The position numbers and the translations under genes are program-made. Under the pieces are notes generated by a model. It saw nothing but the letters and a program-made list of their open reading frames with translations, did not search any database and had not been told where the DNA came from. A DNA stretch of 64,000 bases from Octopus vulgaris (Eukaryota). The number at the start of each line of letters is the position of its first letter. Position 1 is the first letter of the stretch. Positions 28,555 to 41,331 of the stretch are shown here, one piece after another. The stretch is from positions 1 to 64,000 of the forward strand of contig OX597815.1 of the NCBI GenBank assembly GCA_951406725.2. The letters are read 5' to 3'.

Positions 28555-29522
28555 CTGTTGAGGCAGAGGCAAGTGTGTGACACTTTGTGAAGACCTGTTG
28601 AGGCAGAGGCAAGTGTGTGACACTTGTGGAGACCTGTTGAGGCAAGTGTGTGACACGCGTGACACTTGTGAAGACCTGTTGAGGCAAGTGAAAATCAAAA
28701 AATCAAAAAATCAAAATCAAAATCAAACCAAATCAAAATAGATGAACATCAATGGAATTTGTATCTTTGTGGTTCCAGTACCGGTGGCACACAAGAAAAC
28801 CATCCGATCGTGGCCGTTCGCCAGCCACATCTGGCACCTGTGTCGGTGGCACATAAAGACACCATCCGAAGACCCGGCGACGTAGACAGTCCACCTGTGC
28901 ATACCTTCCTTCTTGTGACACTTGTGAAGACCTGTTGAGGCAAGTGAAAATCAAATCAAATCAAATCAAATCAAATAGATGAACATAAATGGAATTTGTA
29001 TCTTTGTGGTACCAGTGCCGGTGGCACACAAGAAAATCATCCGAACGTGGCCGTAGCCAGTACCGCATAGACTGGCCTCCGTGCTTTGGGGACGTAACAA
29101 ACACCATCCGATCGTGGCCGTCCGCCAGCCTCATCTGGCACCTGTGTCGGTGGCACATAAAAACACCATCCGAGCGTGGCCGTCTGCCAGCCTCGTCTGG
29201 CACCTGTGTCGGTGGCACATAAAAACACCATCCGAGCGTGGCCGTCTGCCAGCCTCGTCTGGCACCTGTGTCGGTGGCACATAAAAACACCATCCGAGCG
29301 TGGCCGTTCGCCAGCCTCGTCTGGCACCTGTGTCGGTGGCACATAAAATCACCCACTACACTCTCGGAGTGGTTGGCGTTAGGAAGGGCATCCAGCTGTA
29401 GAAACACTGCCAGATCTGACTGGCCTGGTGCAGCCTTCGGGCTCCCCAGACCCCAGTTGAACCGTCCAACCCATGCTAGCATGGAAAACGGACGCTAAAT
29501 GATGATGATGATGATGATGATG
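28551..29522 (+). mobile_element. Stuttered and rearranged RTE 3'UTR pieces followed by a complete 3'UTR and tail
   Basis: Repeated GACCTGTTGAGGCA(GAGGC)AAGTG units at 28551-28690, a partial UTR to ~28870, then a full UTR at 28885-29522. Confidence 0.85.
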
Positions 29523-29615
29523 ATATATACATATACATATATATATATATATATACATATATATGTACATATACATATATATATATATATACATGCATAT
29601 ATATATATATATACA

Positions 29616-29677
<62 letters not shown>

Positions 29678-29706
29678 GAGGGTTTGAAAATGCAGAGGTC
29701 TTTTAA

Positions 29707-30825
29707 CCCTTTCGTTACCAAACCGCCCAAAGCCACCCGAAAAAAATTTTGGTTAATGTGACCAAACCCGCCCGAATTTACCTATTCATATTTAAATGAG
29801 AATATCAGAGCTAATCTCTTTAGTACATTCGTGAAAACACGTGATTATGCTTCGTAAACAGTTCATCGACAGTTTTGTACAATGATCGACGTGTAATTTT
29901 AATTCCCTGAATTTTGGGAGATTTTTTTCCACATTTTTTTCGGCATCGATTTTTCTTCAACTTTGAAAATGGATAGGAGTTTCATGTTATCAAGCATTGA
30001 TTCCGAATTGGAAAATTTGTGAAACAAATACTGGGTACTGTTGTGGATTTAGTTTTTATACAGGGAAACTAATGTTAGTCAGCATGGCTTAGGGTATGAT
30101 GTGGTCTGGAAGTTATTGTTTGAAGCGATCAATGCGGAAACAAACTTACGCAGAACGTAAACAAACACAGAATGGGGGTTCAAATTTCGGAAAATTTGTG
30201 AAGCAAATACTGGGTACTGCGTGGATTTAGTTTTTATACAGGGAAAATAATGTTAGTCAGCATGGCCTTTATCACTTCCATACCATAACCAGGGCCGTAT
30301 ATTATTTTTTGACCGATTTCTTTAGTTCGGTCAAACTTACGGTGGATTCAAGTATTTCACTTTATTCCACCTTTATGGTACACCTGTTGTGCATTAAATT
30401 CAACTGATGATATAGTGATGTGCACAATTCTTCTTTATCAAAATTTTGTTGCATACCCATTTGAATATTAGCTGATGATTCATTTTCTATGGTGATGTTT
30501 AAACAAAATTTTAATATTTTTACCTTTTGCTCAATTTAAAATTTTAATATTTTTACCTTTTGCTCAATTTAAAATTTTAATATTTTTACCTTTTGCTCAA
30601 TTTACCTGGATTTACCTGTAATTAAAGTCACTTTGAGACAAAAGTTATGCAATAGAATTGATTAAGAACCCTTTCTTTAATTATGTTCCAAATATCACAT
30701 TAATATGTTGATAAGTAAAAAAGTTACAGTTATTTAATGAAACAAGCCTAGATTCATGATTATTTTAGAATTTAATTGAAACTCATGAGGGGTGTATTTT
30801 GGTCAGAAATATAGTAACGAAAGGG
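29707..30825. mobile_element. piggyBac-type non-autonomous element (MITE)
   Basis: TTAA|CCCTTTCGTTAC ... GTAACGAAAGGG|TTAA: 12-bp TIRs and a TTAA TSD; internal ~75-bp direct repeat and a 3x ~33-bp tandem at ~30505-30603. Confidence 0.9.
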
Positions 30826-30945
30826 TTAAAGACTTGACTTGACCGGTTTCACTTGTTTAAAAATAGATTATCAAAAGTAAAATGTAAAGCTTTGTATAAG
30901 CTTTGTTGTTTTAAAAAATGGTTATCACAAAAGTATTAAAATACA

Positions 30946-31665
30946 CAGTTGAAGTGCCCACATCGACAATAAGGTTGATATACCTCGTAGGATGAGCTCC
31001 TGGATCTTAAGAACTTTCCGGCCCAGAGAACAAGGTGTCACCATTCCACTTTTCTCCTCCTTTGTACTGCCACACCTCGAATAGTGATGCCCCTTGTGGT
31101 CTCCCCATACAAAACAAAACATCTCGAGGATCGAATCACCCCAGAGAGCACTCACTAAACAAATTGAAGGCATAACTAATCTCGATTATTGGGACCGCCT
31201 CAAAGCCTTGAAACTCTACTTTCTCCAGCACCGCCATGAGTGGTACATCATTTATACGATCTGGAGAATATGCCACCAGCATTGCCCAAACGACCTGAAC
31301 ATTAGTTTCAAGGTTCATCCAAGGCTGGGACCACAGGCCATACGTCCCCTGCCCAATTCAGGATTGCAGCATATAGGTACACTGCGACATAATTTCTTTT
31401 CCTCAACAGGCCCTGTCCTGTTTAACATTGTCCCAAAAGACATCAAAGAGGAAACGGATCCCATCACCTTTAAACGGAGTCTGCACAGATTTCTTCAAGA
31501 AATACCAGACAAGCTGCCCATACCTGGATACAACACACTCAATAAGAACTCATTACTTGAATGAACCATAAGCAAAACTTGACATTAAAAGGATTTAGAT
31601 AATCCTATCAGGTAGTGTTATTAAGTTAGACATGGCCTGGATCAATCTTTGGTTGAAACATAAGT
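30946..31665 (+). mobile_element. 3' fragment of a CR1/L2-group LINE, near-identical to 16330-17045
   Basis: The translation of ORF 31094-31564 is almost identical to the C-terminal part of 16160-16948. Confidence 0.9.
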
Positions 31666-31969
31666 TTACCTAAGTTATATAGTCTTTTATAATGATGAAA
31701 ATGTTAAGAGGGTTTTTTTGTTTAAATGGTTTACATTAAAGTGTTCAAAATAAGTTGTAAAATAAATTTATAATCATTTTAAGTTCATCAAAAATCATGG
31801 TTGTATAAGAAGTATATATACAGAAGGAAATATATTTAAGTATTTATACAGAATTTTAGGAGAATGACTAACCTTTCTATCCATCATCTTCTGTCTGGGT
31901 ATATATTGTCAGACACACAGTAGACTCGACTATAACATTCTGTTATTGGTCACTGCTTGCCTGACAGAT

Positions 31970-32978
31970 ATAATATAATGAAATTATTGTGTCCAGTGTC
32001 CAGGTGCACTACAACTCATCAAAGGTGCATATACAGTACATAGAATTATGTACAAATGTCAGGAGAGTGAACAGTGTTTGAGCCATGATATACATGTGTG
32101 CATGTGTATGGAGGGGAAGATAGGGGGATATCAGGTGTAGTGTTGGCGAATTTCAGGAAGCATGGAGATTTTACAGGGTGCAATGTCTAGGCAACTAACA
32201 GCTGATGCAGGTAGTTTGTTCCATGTTTCAGCAATCTGAGTGTGAAAGAATGTTTCCGAAAGTCATGGGAGTTGTGCTGTTTTCTGACTTTGTAAGCGTG
32301 CCCACATGCGTTAGATACATGGAGCTCAAAAAGGTGTTGAAGGTGATTGTTGGCACAATGGTTAATAATTTTGTGGATGTTTACCAAGTCATTTGCCAGA
32401 TGTCGGAGCTTCAATGTATCTATGCCCAGGGAAGCAAGGCATTCAGAATATCGTAGATACCTGATGGAGAGTATTTGCTTGGTTGCACATCTCTGAACAG
32501 TTTCCAGGAGGTCAATGTCCTGAGCAGTATAGTGGTTCCAGACTGGTGATGCAAATTCCAAGTGTGGCCACACCATAGCCATATACAGCCTTAAATAGAT
32601 AGCTGGAGAGTGGCTGACAAATGTCTTGCTAAGTAATGCCAAGACACCCTCAGCCTTCTTGACAATTTTAGAGATGTGCTTTGTCCCATTTAAATTGTTG
32701 CTGATAGTAATGCCCAGGTCACGTTCACAAGAAAACTTCTTGATATTAGTGTTGTGGAGAGAGGATATGGATGCTGGGTTTTTCCTCCCAAAATGCATGG
32801 TAGTACAGTTGTCCACAATCTGCTTGAGTTGCCTGTCCATGATCCATTGTTGCATTGTGTCCAAGTCTGGTTGCAGGAAAGATCTATAGTGTTCAGGGTC
32901 TATCCTTTTTATCTCAAGATACAGCTTGATGTCATCTGCATATTTCAGCACTGTGGCATTCTTTAAGTTGGCATCTAC
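31970..32978 (-). mobile_element. 3' part of a CR1 LINE (third family) with a (TTA)n tail
   Basis: YADDIKLY, ERDLGITI, MVWPHLEFASPVWN, RKHSFTLR; homologous to 48250-49895. Confidence 0.9.
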
Positions 32979-33354
32979 CTGTCATATACCAAGTTCTATT
33001 GACTCTGCTTGTCTAAGATTGTGCTGTTCTTAGTACCAGTCATATACTGTGGTCTATTAACTCTGCTGCTGCTCTTAGTAACCAGTTAATGTAAGAAATC
33101 AATAAACATTGGACAGCAACACAAGTTTGAAGGTCAATTTTTGGATTTTTAATCAAATCCAATTTATTTTCCTTTCCTAGTTAAAGACCATTGAGAAAGA
33201 CAAACATCAGAATATCATCCAACTCCTTCATCAAGCTGGAATTCTTGCACTGGAATTATATTTCAAATTTCAGACATCTACGGTCAGAGCTTCCACAATA
33301 AATGAATCCAGAAGTAAAAAACCCATCTTATTTGTTTTTAACAACAAAAAGTTT

Positions 33355-33722
33355 TGGCTGTTTGGTAAGAAGTTTGCTTCCTAGCCACATGGTTCCAGGA
33401 TCAGTCCCATCATGTGGCACCTTGGGCAAGTGTCTTCTACTATAGTCTCAGACCAACCAAAGCTTTGTGAGTGGATTTGGTAGACAGAAACTGAAAGAAG
33501 CCCATCATACATGTGTCCTCGTTTGTCCCCTACCACTGCTTGACAACCGGTGTTCATGTGCTTACGTTCGCGTAACTTAGCAGTTCAGCAAAGAAACCAA
33601 TAGAATAAATGCCAAGCTTAAAAAAAAAGTACTGGAGTCAATCCATTTGACTAAAAGTTCTTCAAGGCAGTGCCCTAGCATGGCCACAATCTAATAACTG
33701 AAACAAGTAAAAGATAAAAAGA
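33355..33722 (+). mobile_element. tRNA-derived SINE with a CR1/L2-type 3' tail
   Basis: Degenerate A/B boxes, CORE-like CACCTTGGGCAAGTG, and 3' CAAGGCAGTGCCCTAGCATGGCCACA..ACTGAAACAAGTAAAAGATAAAAAG. Confidence 0.8.
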
Positions 33723-34094
33723 TCCACCCAGTCCGTTCGCCATTAGAAATAGGAGGAAGAGATGCTTGCTAGTGCTGGGAGCAACAGCCTCAATAATATA
33801 ACTGCCATCCCATACTCAAACCCAAAATAAACAATGTCAAAATTCAACAGTCAACAACTTCAGGAAAATAAGTGGTAAAAATGAAAATGCAAAATGAGAG
33901 AAAGAAAAGCTCCAACAACTTTGTGTTATTAATTGCGAATATTGCAAATGCAAAAGGAAAATTAATCATTTGCCAACTCCAGACTAAAAATGAAAAAAAG
34001 CATGAGAAAGGCATGTCACAAAAAGAAATGTTTTCAGCCCAAAGAATTAACTCAACAAAAACTGAAAACGGAAGTGAATGTCATGTTTATTTAT

Positions 34095-34276
34095 TTCCAT
34101 TATTGTTTTGAATTAATCATGCATTATCTCAAAGCTTTCAGATTTTTATGATGTGGTTGTTTATTGTCAGAATGAAATTGTAGGGTAGGTGTGAGAGGCT
34201 GGATCTGACCAGTTTGAACAAAAACCTAGTAGAATATTTGGGCCAAATTTGGCTAGTTTGAATGCTAAAAGGTTAA
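34095..34276. mobile_element. Terminal fragment of a TTAA-flanked MITE
   Basis: Ends GAATGCTAAAAGG|TTAA, resembling a piggyBac-like terminus; no matching left end found. Confidence 0.4.
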
Positions 34277-35182
34277 GCTATTTCAAGAGGAGGAGGTAGA
34301 GGGAGCTCCGGATGATATGCGCCCCCTCAAGTGAGGCAAGACTTAAGGAAACGTAAATGTCTAGTCTTTAAAACCAAGGAAGATATGACAAGACAGAACA
34401 GTGTGTGACACACTTGCCCATCATGGTAAATTGGGGAAAAGGAATTTATCACAACCAGAGGTATCAGTAGGAATTCTGTCCCTTGAATTGTTATTATCAT
34501 TGCAGCAATGTTTGGGCAGATGAGATGACCCATAACAGCATGCAGAGTTTCAAGAGTCAACAGAGCTAGCTAAATCCTGATGACATTTTAAAGACCACAA
34601 GGACATTATGGAGTTTTATGGCAGTATAAAGCAGCAGAAACAAAGTCAATCAAGCTGGCAGTGTATGACAGAAGACCAAGTTGCTACATGTGAAGATGCA
34701 AGAACTACATGAGAGATTTTGCCCGGATGTAGCATGGCAACAGAAGCACATTGCTAAGATGAAGAACATGGTTGCTGCTGCCCTTATTTCCATAGCAACC
34801 ATCGTTCACTGTTGAAAGGATGAAAGACCAGAAGAGAGAAAAGAGAAATTCCTTCATTCTCAATGCCACCAGCCTAGCACAAGACCAGACAGAAATTCCA
34901 GTCCACCATCTTGAAGGAGACGGAAACCAGATAAAGGTGAAGGACAATAAAAGATAAAAACATTATCCTCAATGGAAGTCACACTGATGGGGAGGATATT
35001 TCACAATTCTCCAAAACAAAAACAAAAACCTCTTGATATTACTGGTTTTTATTGACCCTTGAAATTAGGAATGAAAGGTTCAGTTGACTTGAATGTGATT
35101 TCAGGATGGTGTTGGATGCTTATGGATTTGAACAAGCAACCTTAGACTCCTTTAGTCAAACAATCAAGTTAGTGTTAGCATA

Positions 35183-36018
35183 CGTGGTCTGATCAATAAG
35201 TATCCGGAATGTTGCCATAGTAACAAAGCTAAAGTATGCAGAGTGAAGCTGCTTGGCACAGATTGACCTTGGACTCTGCCAAGCATATATACACTAAGTT
35301 TGAATGTCCTAGCTTACTTCCATTGTTTACAGCAGTGCTTGGAAGGAACCTGTGTAGCGTGTGACCGTTGCATTGACCATACTGGAGAAAGTTGAGCAGA
35401 GACTCTGCATCAAATTTTGCCAAAAGCTTGGTGATACCTGCTCAGAGGCCTACACAAAGTTTTTATTGATCTCGGCACAATCAAGTTAATCTTGTGCAAC
35501 TGAAGCCCAAGTGTCTTTTTGGTCAACTGAAAGCAGTTTTGGTACAAACTTGGCAAATACGTGTCTCACACCCAAATCTTTCAATGATAATGGACTGAAC
35601 TGAACTCTAACTAATCTGCACATCCTCTGATAACTAATGGAAGGTGATTCGACAATTTCCTCCTCATAGCTGCACACACATCTACAATGTTTTTCTCAGT
35701 TCTGCTGGTTATGGGTTTCCCAGAACGTTCATCACTATCAACATTTCTTGGCTATCTTAGAAACATCTGAACCACTCGTACACTTGGGTGAAACTCTTAC
35801 ATTCCTCCCTATACACTTCCTTCAACTTTACATAGGCCTCTGAGCAAGGTTCACCATAATAACATTTTCTGTCAGGGTCAATGCAATGATCACACGTTAC
35901 TTTGAAGCACTGCTGTAAACAGGGGAAGTGAGCTAGAATGTTAAAACTGTGCAAAGTGGCTTCATTCTGTAGTTACGTTGCTATGACAACAGTCCGGATA
36001 CTTATTGATCAGACCACG
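35183..36018. mobile_element. Mariner-derived non-autonomous element made of two inverted 5' ends
   Basis: TA|CGTGGTCTGATCAATAAGTATCCGGA ... TCCGGATACTTATTGATCAGACCACG|TA; transposase N-terminal remnants on both strands (QRLCIKFCQKLG on +; EAYVKLKEVY..VYEWF and AKFVPKLL on -). Confidence 0.9.
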
Positions 36019-37479
36019 TATTTAATGCAAGTGGAGGCATTAAAAAGCTAATTAGAAATAATTATGAAGTAAGCTAAAGACCATTGTCACACAATGACTA
36101 ATGTTATTTTAATTATTTTCCATAGACATCTGCTTGAACTATATATATACTGATGTCCAAATTTACAAAAACCATCTCAATGCTATTTGGATGGAAAATA
36201 TTAATATAAGCCATCATTACAGAACCTGACACCAATAGAATAATTCTGATGTTAAAATGTGTCAAGATGAAGACAAAGAAAGATGATGTGCTCTGTATCT
36301 GTTCAGCCCCATGTCAGAATGAAAAAGCAGCTGATATGACATGAAAGCTACTGTCAAAAATGCAAGAGTGACAAATTAAATTTCAATTTAAATCTCTCTC
36401 CCATATCACCATCACCAGTTTTCTTGACTTGAAATTTCAAATTAATCTTTACAAATGGAGATATTTTCAGAAACCAAAATCAGGGAGTGAGCATGGTATG
36501 AAATTATAATTCAAACACAAATAAAATTCAAATAAAACAACAGATTTAAATTCTATTATCATTTTTTTTTCATAATTCAATATATTTCTCCTAACAATAT
36601 TAGTCTTTGAAGATATCAAAATTTTATTCATTTTAAATTTCAAACTTGACAAAATAAATTTTTTTGTAAAAAAATGCTGTTAATAAAAAATATGATCTTG
36701 AAATATAATTTCTATCCTTTGCATTAAATGATTATTTTTTTTTGTTTTCCTTTTTTACAGTATAATTCAATAGATTAAAAAACTATACTGGATAAATTAT
36801 AGATTTTTAGCTGAGCACAATCAAGTGACTAGAAATTACCAAGGAAATGTCACACAGTTCCTTACTATTTTGCAGCACATAGAAGACTGTATGCATCTGG
36901 AAAAGAAACCAAATCCTTCCTAAATCCTATCCGACTGTTTTAACAAAAGGAAGAACACATCAGATAATGTGGTCATAGATACACTTCTTGAAATAAAGAC
37001 AGAATGGCAATGGCAAGGCATGTTTGTTGGTTTCAGATTAGAACAACAACTGTTACAGTTCCATTACAAACTGTAACAGTGTTTCCAACCCAAAAATAAG
37101 TGGCTGTTTAATTAAGGGGTTTGCTCCAGGTGAAACACAACACTGCTGCATCCCTTCAACAACAGAGACAAGTCAACCAGTACATTGGAAGTGAAATTTC
37201 CATCCACCTGTACCCACTAGGTCATGGCATCATCTCCATGGGGTCCTATCAGAAGCAACTATCATTAGATCTTCCAGTTAGATTCTCAAGTACAACCGAG
37301 ACTATGGAAATTATTTAGCCATCTCGTTCTAGGTTTCATGCTGGTTGGCACTTAAAGAATCCACCTTGTGATTGATTCTTATGACATTCTAACCACATGT
37401 CCGTAGTACCATAACTGTGACATCTCAATGCAGAGAGGTAGAACCTCAGCTTCAAAAGATTCCGTGATCTCTGTACAAC

Positions 37480-39035
37480 ACGTCCTTTGGCACAGGTAGT
37501 ACACTGCGGTGCAAAAAGTTGCAGCAGAGAGAGTAAAAATATCCAAGGCTAAGTCATGGGAGGGCTTGGGGGGGGGGGGTTAAACTAGACTCAAGCTTTA
37601 GATCAGCCAATAACAGATTCTGGCTGCCCATCTACTGACTTTGTAACAAGAAGCCCTCTTCCACACATAGCATTAAGAACTCATCTGGAGTTCTTCTCTC
37701 TACAGAGAAGAGCATCTTTGAGATGATCTAAATCCTGTCACAATTAAGTCTTCTGGTAGGCACAAGGTACATCTAAGAGTGAAGACTTCCCTCAAAGAGG
37801 CTGAAGTCATAAAGGGAATTGAAGTGCTTAAATGTAGCAAGGCTGCTGGAGAGGATGACATGCAACCCTAAACATTAAAAGTCTTGAATAGAAAAGACTA
37901 CATTATCCCCTATATTTGTGTATTTCCTTATCACAAATACACTGGCTAACTAGTATTTGCCCAGTGGCTAAGATCTCTGGAAAGACACCAAAACAATGGC
38001 AATCTCAGGTGATGAGACCAATTTTTAAAAAAAGGGAGACAAGAGAAAGAGAGAATGCTCTAATTATACAGGAATCGCATTGTTGAGCCTTCCCAATGAA
38101 GTCTAAGCTAGGTGTCTGGGAAAAAAGATATGTAAGAAAGTTGTCTAGCCTGAACTCACTGAAGAAATATGTGGCTTCTTTCTTGGATGCAGCAAAACTG
38201 GCCAGATAGTCACACTATGGCAGATCTTTGAGAAATCATGGGAATTTTGCCAAGATGTATATGCTTTCTTTGTAGACCTCAGAAAAGCATATGACCACGT
38301 GTGGCAGTTATGCTGAGGAGAATTTGGGATTATTTTGCATCTTCTAGTTGCCATGAAGTTCTTATATAAATGCCCTGATATTTGTGTATGGTAAGTGGTG
38401 CTAAGTTGTTACCTTTTTACATAGGTAGGGGTGTGTATTTTTATAAATGAGATTAACATGCACAGCCACTGCAATAGTGGTATCACAATCAGTGGGTTAA
38501 GGATCTGTCAGCTGGTATTTAAAGACATAGTGTTATTTGGCTCATCAGAATGTGACCTTCAGCATGCACTGAATGGGTTCACTGCTGAGTACTACAAGGT
38601 AGGGATGAGAATTAGCACTGTGAAGACCGTGACACTGGTGACTCTCAAGAAAGTCTTCTCAGTGTATTCTGCATTTTAGTGGAACATCACCAACACAAGT
38701 GGAGAAGTTTAAGTATCTTTTGGCCGTGGAGTGGTTGGCGTTAGGAAGGGCATCCAGCCGTAGAAACACTGCCAGATCTGACTGGGCCTGACGAAGCCTT
38801 CCAGCTTCACAGACCCCAGTTGACCCGTCCAACCCATGCTAGCATGGAAAGCGGACGCTAAACGATGATGATGATGATGATGAATGGGAAGCAAGAGGCT
38901 GAATTGCAGGTGCTGGCAAAGTAATGCACCAGCTCCAACATGCGATCATCAGAAGAGAAGGGGTTAATGAAACAAACCAAACTCACTATCTTTCCTTCAG
39001 TTCGGCTTTCTTGCCTCTCCTCAACTATGGTCATG
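37480..39035 (+). mobile_element. Highly decayed RTE-type LINE ORF2, interrupted by a young RTE tail (38724-38882)
   Basis: KAAGEDD, NYTGIALLSLP, FVDLRKAYD and EKFKYL remnants; the inserted tail ends in (GAT)n. Confidence 0.75.
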
Positions 39036-41084
39036 AATATATATATATATATATATATAGCATCATTGTTTAATGTCTGCTTTCCATGGTGACATGGGTT
39101 GGCTGGTTTGACATGAAGCAGACTAGCTGGGAGCTGTCCACACTCCAGCTGTCTGTTGATTGAAGCATGATTTATGGCTGGATGCCCTTCCTAATGCCAT
39201 ATATATATATATATATATGAGTGTGTGTGTGTGTGTGTGTGTACAGGTATAAGCATACACACACACATGCATACATAAACAGTGAGATATCCATATACAA
39301 ATGGTTCTCTAAATGAACAAACTGAATAATGAATGGTTTTTCAGAAGAATCCTTAACTTGCATAACAACTTAATAACATAATAACTGAAATTTGATCAAA
39401 GAACTATGAGCAGACTACACACATATATAAGTGACTAGGATCCCGTTTGCATAGTGATTTGAAATTTGAACAACAAACCAAAAACAGACTATCCATGCAA
39501 ATAAGTGATAGTAGACCATACCAAAAAGGCATGCTGAACTAACAAATTGTATTGTGAGCAGTTTTTCTGAAGAAAATTTTATTCAGCCAACTAGCTGAAA
39601 TTTAAACAACAAACCACAGACTACCCACACATATTAGTGACTGCTAGAGCGTCCATGTGTGCATTTCATATAACTTGCAAATTTTTTATATCTTGTATAA
39701 AAATAGTTCTTATATTTCTTGCTAAAATCATAATCAAATGCACATAAACACAGACAAACTACAGGCAAGTAATAAATAAGGAAGGATGCTGTGAAGAAGT
39801 TACTCAAAGAATAAATGCTAAAGCAACATTTATAAGGATGAACAAAATAAAATGTTCACCTGAAAAGGAATAACACTACATCTAAAGGTGAAGCTAATAA
39901 ACTGTTATATTGTGCAAATTGTCCTCTACAGAGCAGAAACACGAACAATGTATGAATATGTGGAAGGAAAGGATAGAAACCTTTCCCAGATAAGCTGAGA
40001 AGACAGGATAACGAATGCTGCAGTGCTAGAAAAGCTGGAAGTCCAAAGACAGCTGCTATTGAAAATCAAGTCCACAATGAATATACAAAACAGGAGTCAT
40101 TGCCAAGGAAGTGTTGAAGAGAACAAAAAGCCATCAAGGAATGGACTGGAAACAAGAGCCTGGCCGATTGTATTCATGTAGCACAACACAGAGGGAACTA
40201 GTGACTCATGGCAAGCCAACCCCTGCTACACAGAGATGATACCTGATTGACTGAATGATGGTGGTGGTGTGAGTGTGCAAGCAGACATAAACGAAGGTTG
40301 TTACATAACTTTATTCAATGTTACAATTGTTCAGATGACTAGAAAAACTGTTTCCACATTATACATTGGTCTGTGTGCATAATTTGTCAGTGAATCAATG
40401 AAACAATTAGCCCTCAGCCATTCTCATCAGATCTTGTAAGATATGGAAGATTTTTCAACACACATCGAACCTATTGACAGTAGGTTGTGTTGTCTCTGAG
40501 TTATAAATCTCCTAACATGCCCATCCATATAATTCAACAGATGGAGACTATAAATAACTGTCACAGCATCATCATCATCATTATTATTTAGCATCCAATT
40601 TCCATGCTAGCAAAGGGTTAAAGGGTTTGACTGGAGCTGCACCAGGTTCCAGTCTGATTTGGCTTTGTTTCTACACTTGTTCTTTTAAATATTCTGTTAA
40701 TAAGAAGAGATACCAATATCATATTAGTATCAAGAACATTTTGCATCAAATGTGTTTTATTTGTGGCTGACCCAAATTGGTCACCCACAATTATCCACAT
40801 ACACATATGATTGTATGCATGCATGCATGTATGTATGCATGCATGCATTTATGTATGCATGCATGCATGCATGTATGTACGTATGTATGTATTTATGTAT
40901 GCACACACACACACACACATTTTCCTTTGAGAATTTCAGGATCTAGGGGATATGATAATTCATTGAGCAGTAATACTTGTCTACTAATTTGGACATGGGT
41001 AAAAGTCCTCTGCCTTCAAGCAAACGCTGGCACAAAATCTTCTTTTCAGATGCTACCCATTCATTGTTACTCTCCAGTCCACAA

Positions 41085-41310
41085 CCTGAGAACAACTACA
41101 ATCAAAGGTAAGTCTGGTGAAATTGTTGAAATGCTAGAATGGAGGCATATAGATATGTGCTATGTACACAAGAGAAAATGGAGAGGAGACTCAGCCAGAC
41201 TTCTAAGAGACAAGGAACAAAGATATAAATTTTTCTGGGTAGGCAATAGTAATGGTGTGGAAGGTGTAGACATACTTTTAGCAGAGAAGTGGTTAGAAAG
41301 GTGATTGAGA
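41085..41310 (+). mobile_element. RTE-LINE APE endonuclease N-terminal fragment
   Basis: KGKSGEIVEMLEWRHIDMCYV..KWRG..YKFFWVGNSNGVEGVDILLAEKW. Confidence 0.75.
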
Positions 41311-41331
41311 TATTGAGGTAGCCAAAGTGTC

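Noticed and set aside
37325-37362. Very degenerate hammerhead-like arrangement on the minus strand
   Set aside because: The CUGANGA core is absent, so it could easily be chance.
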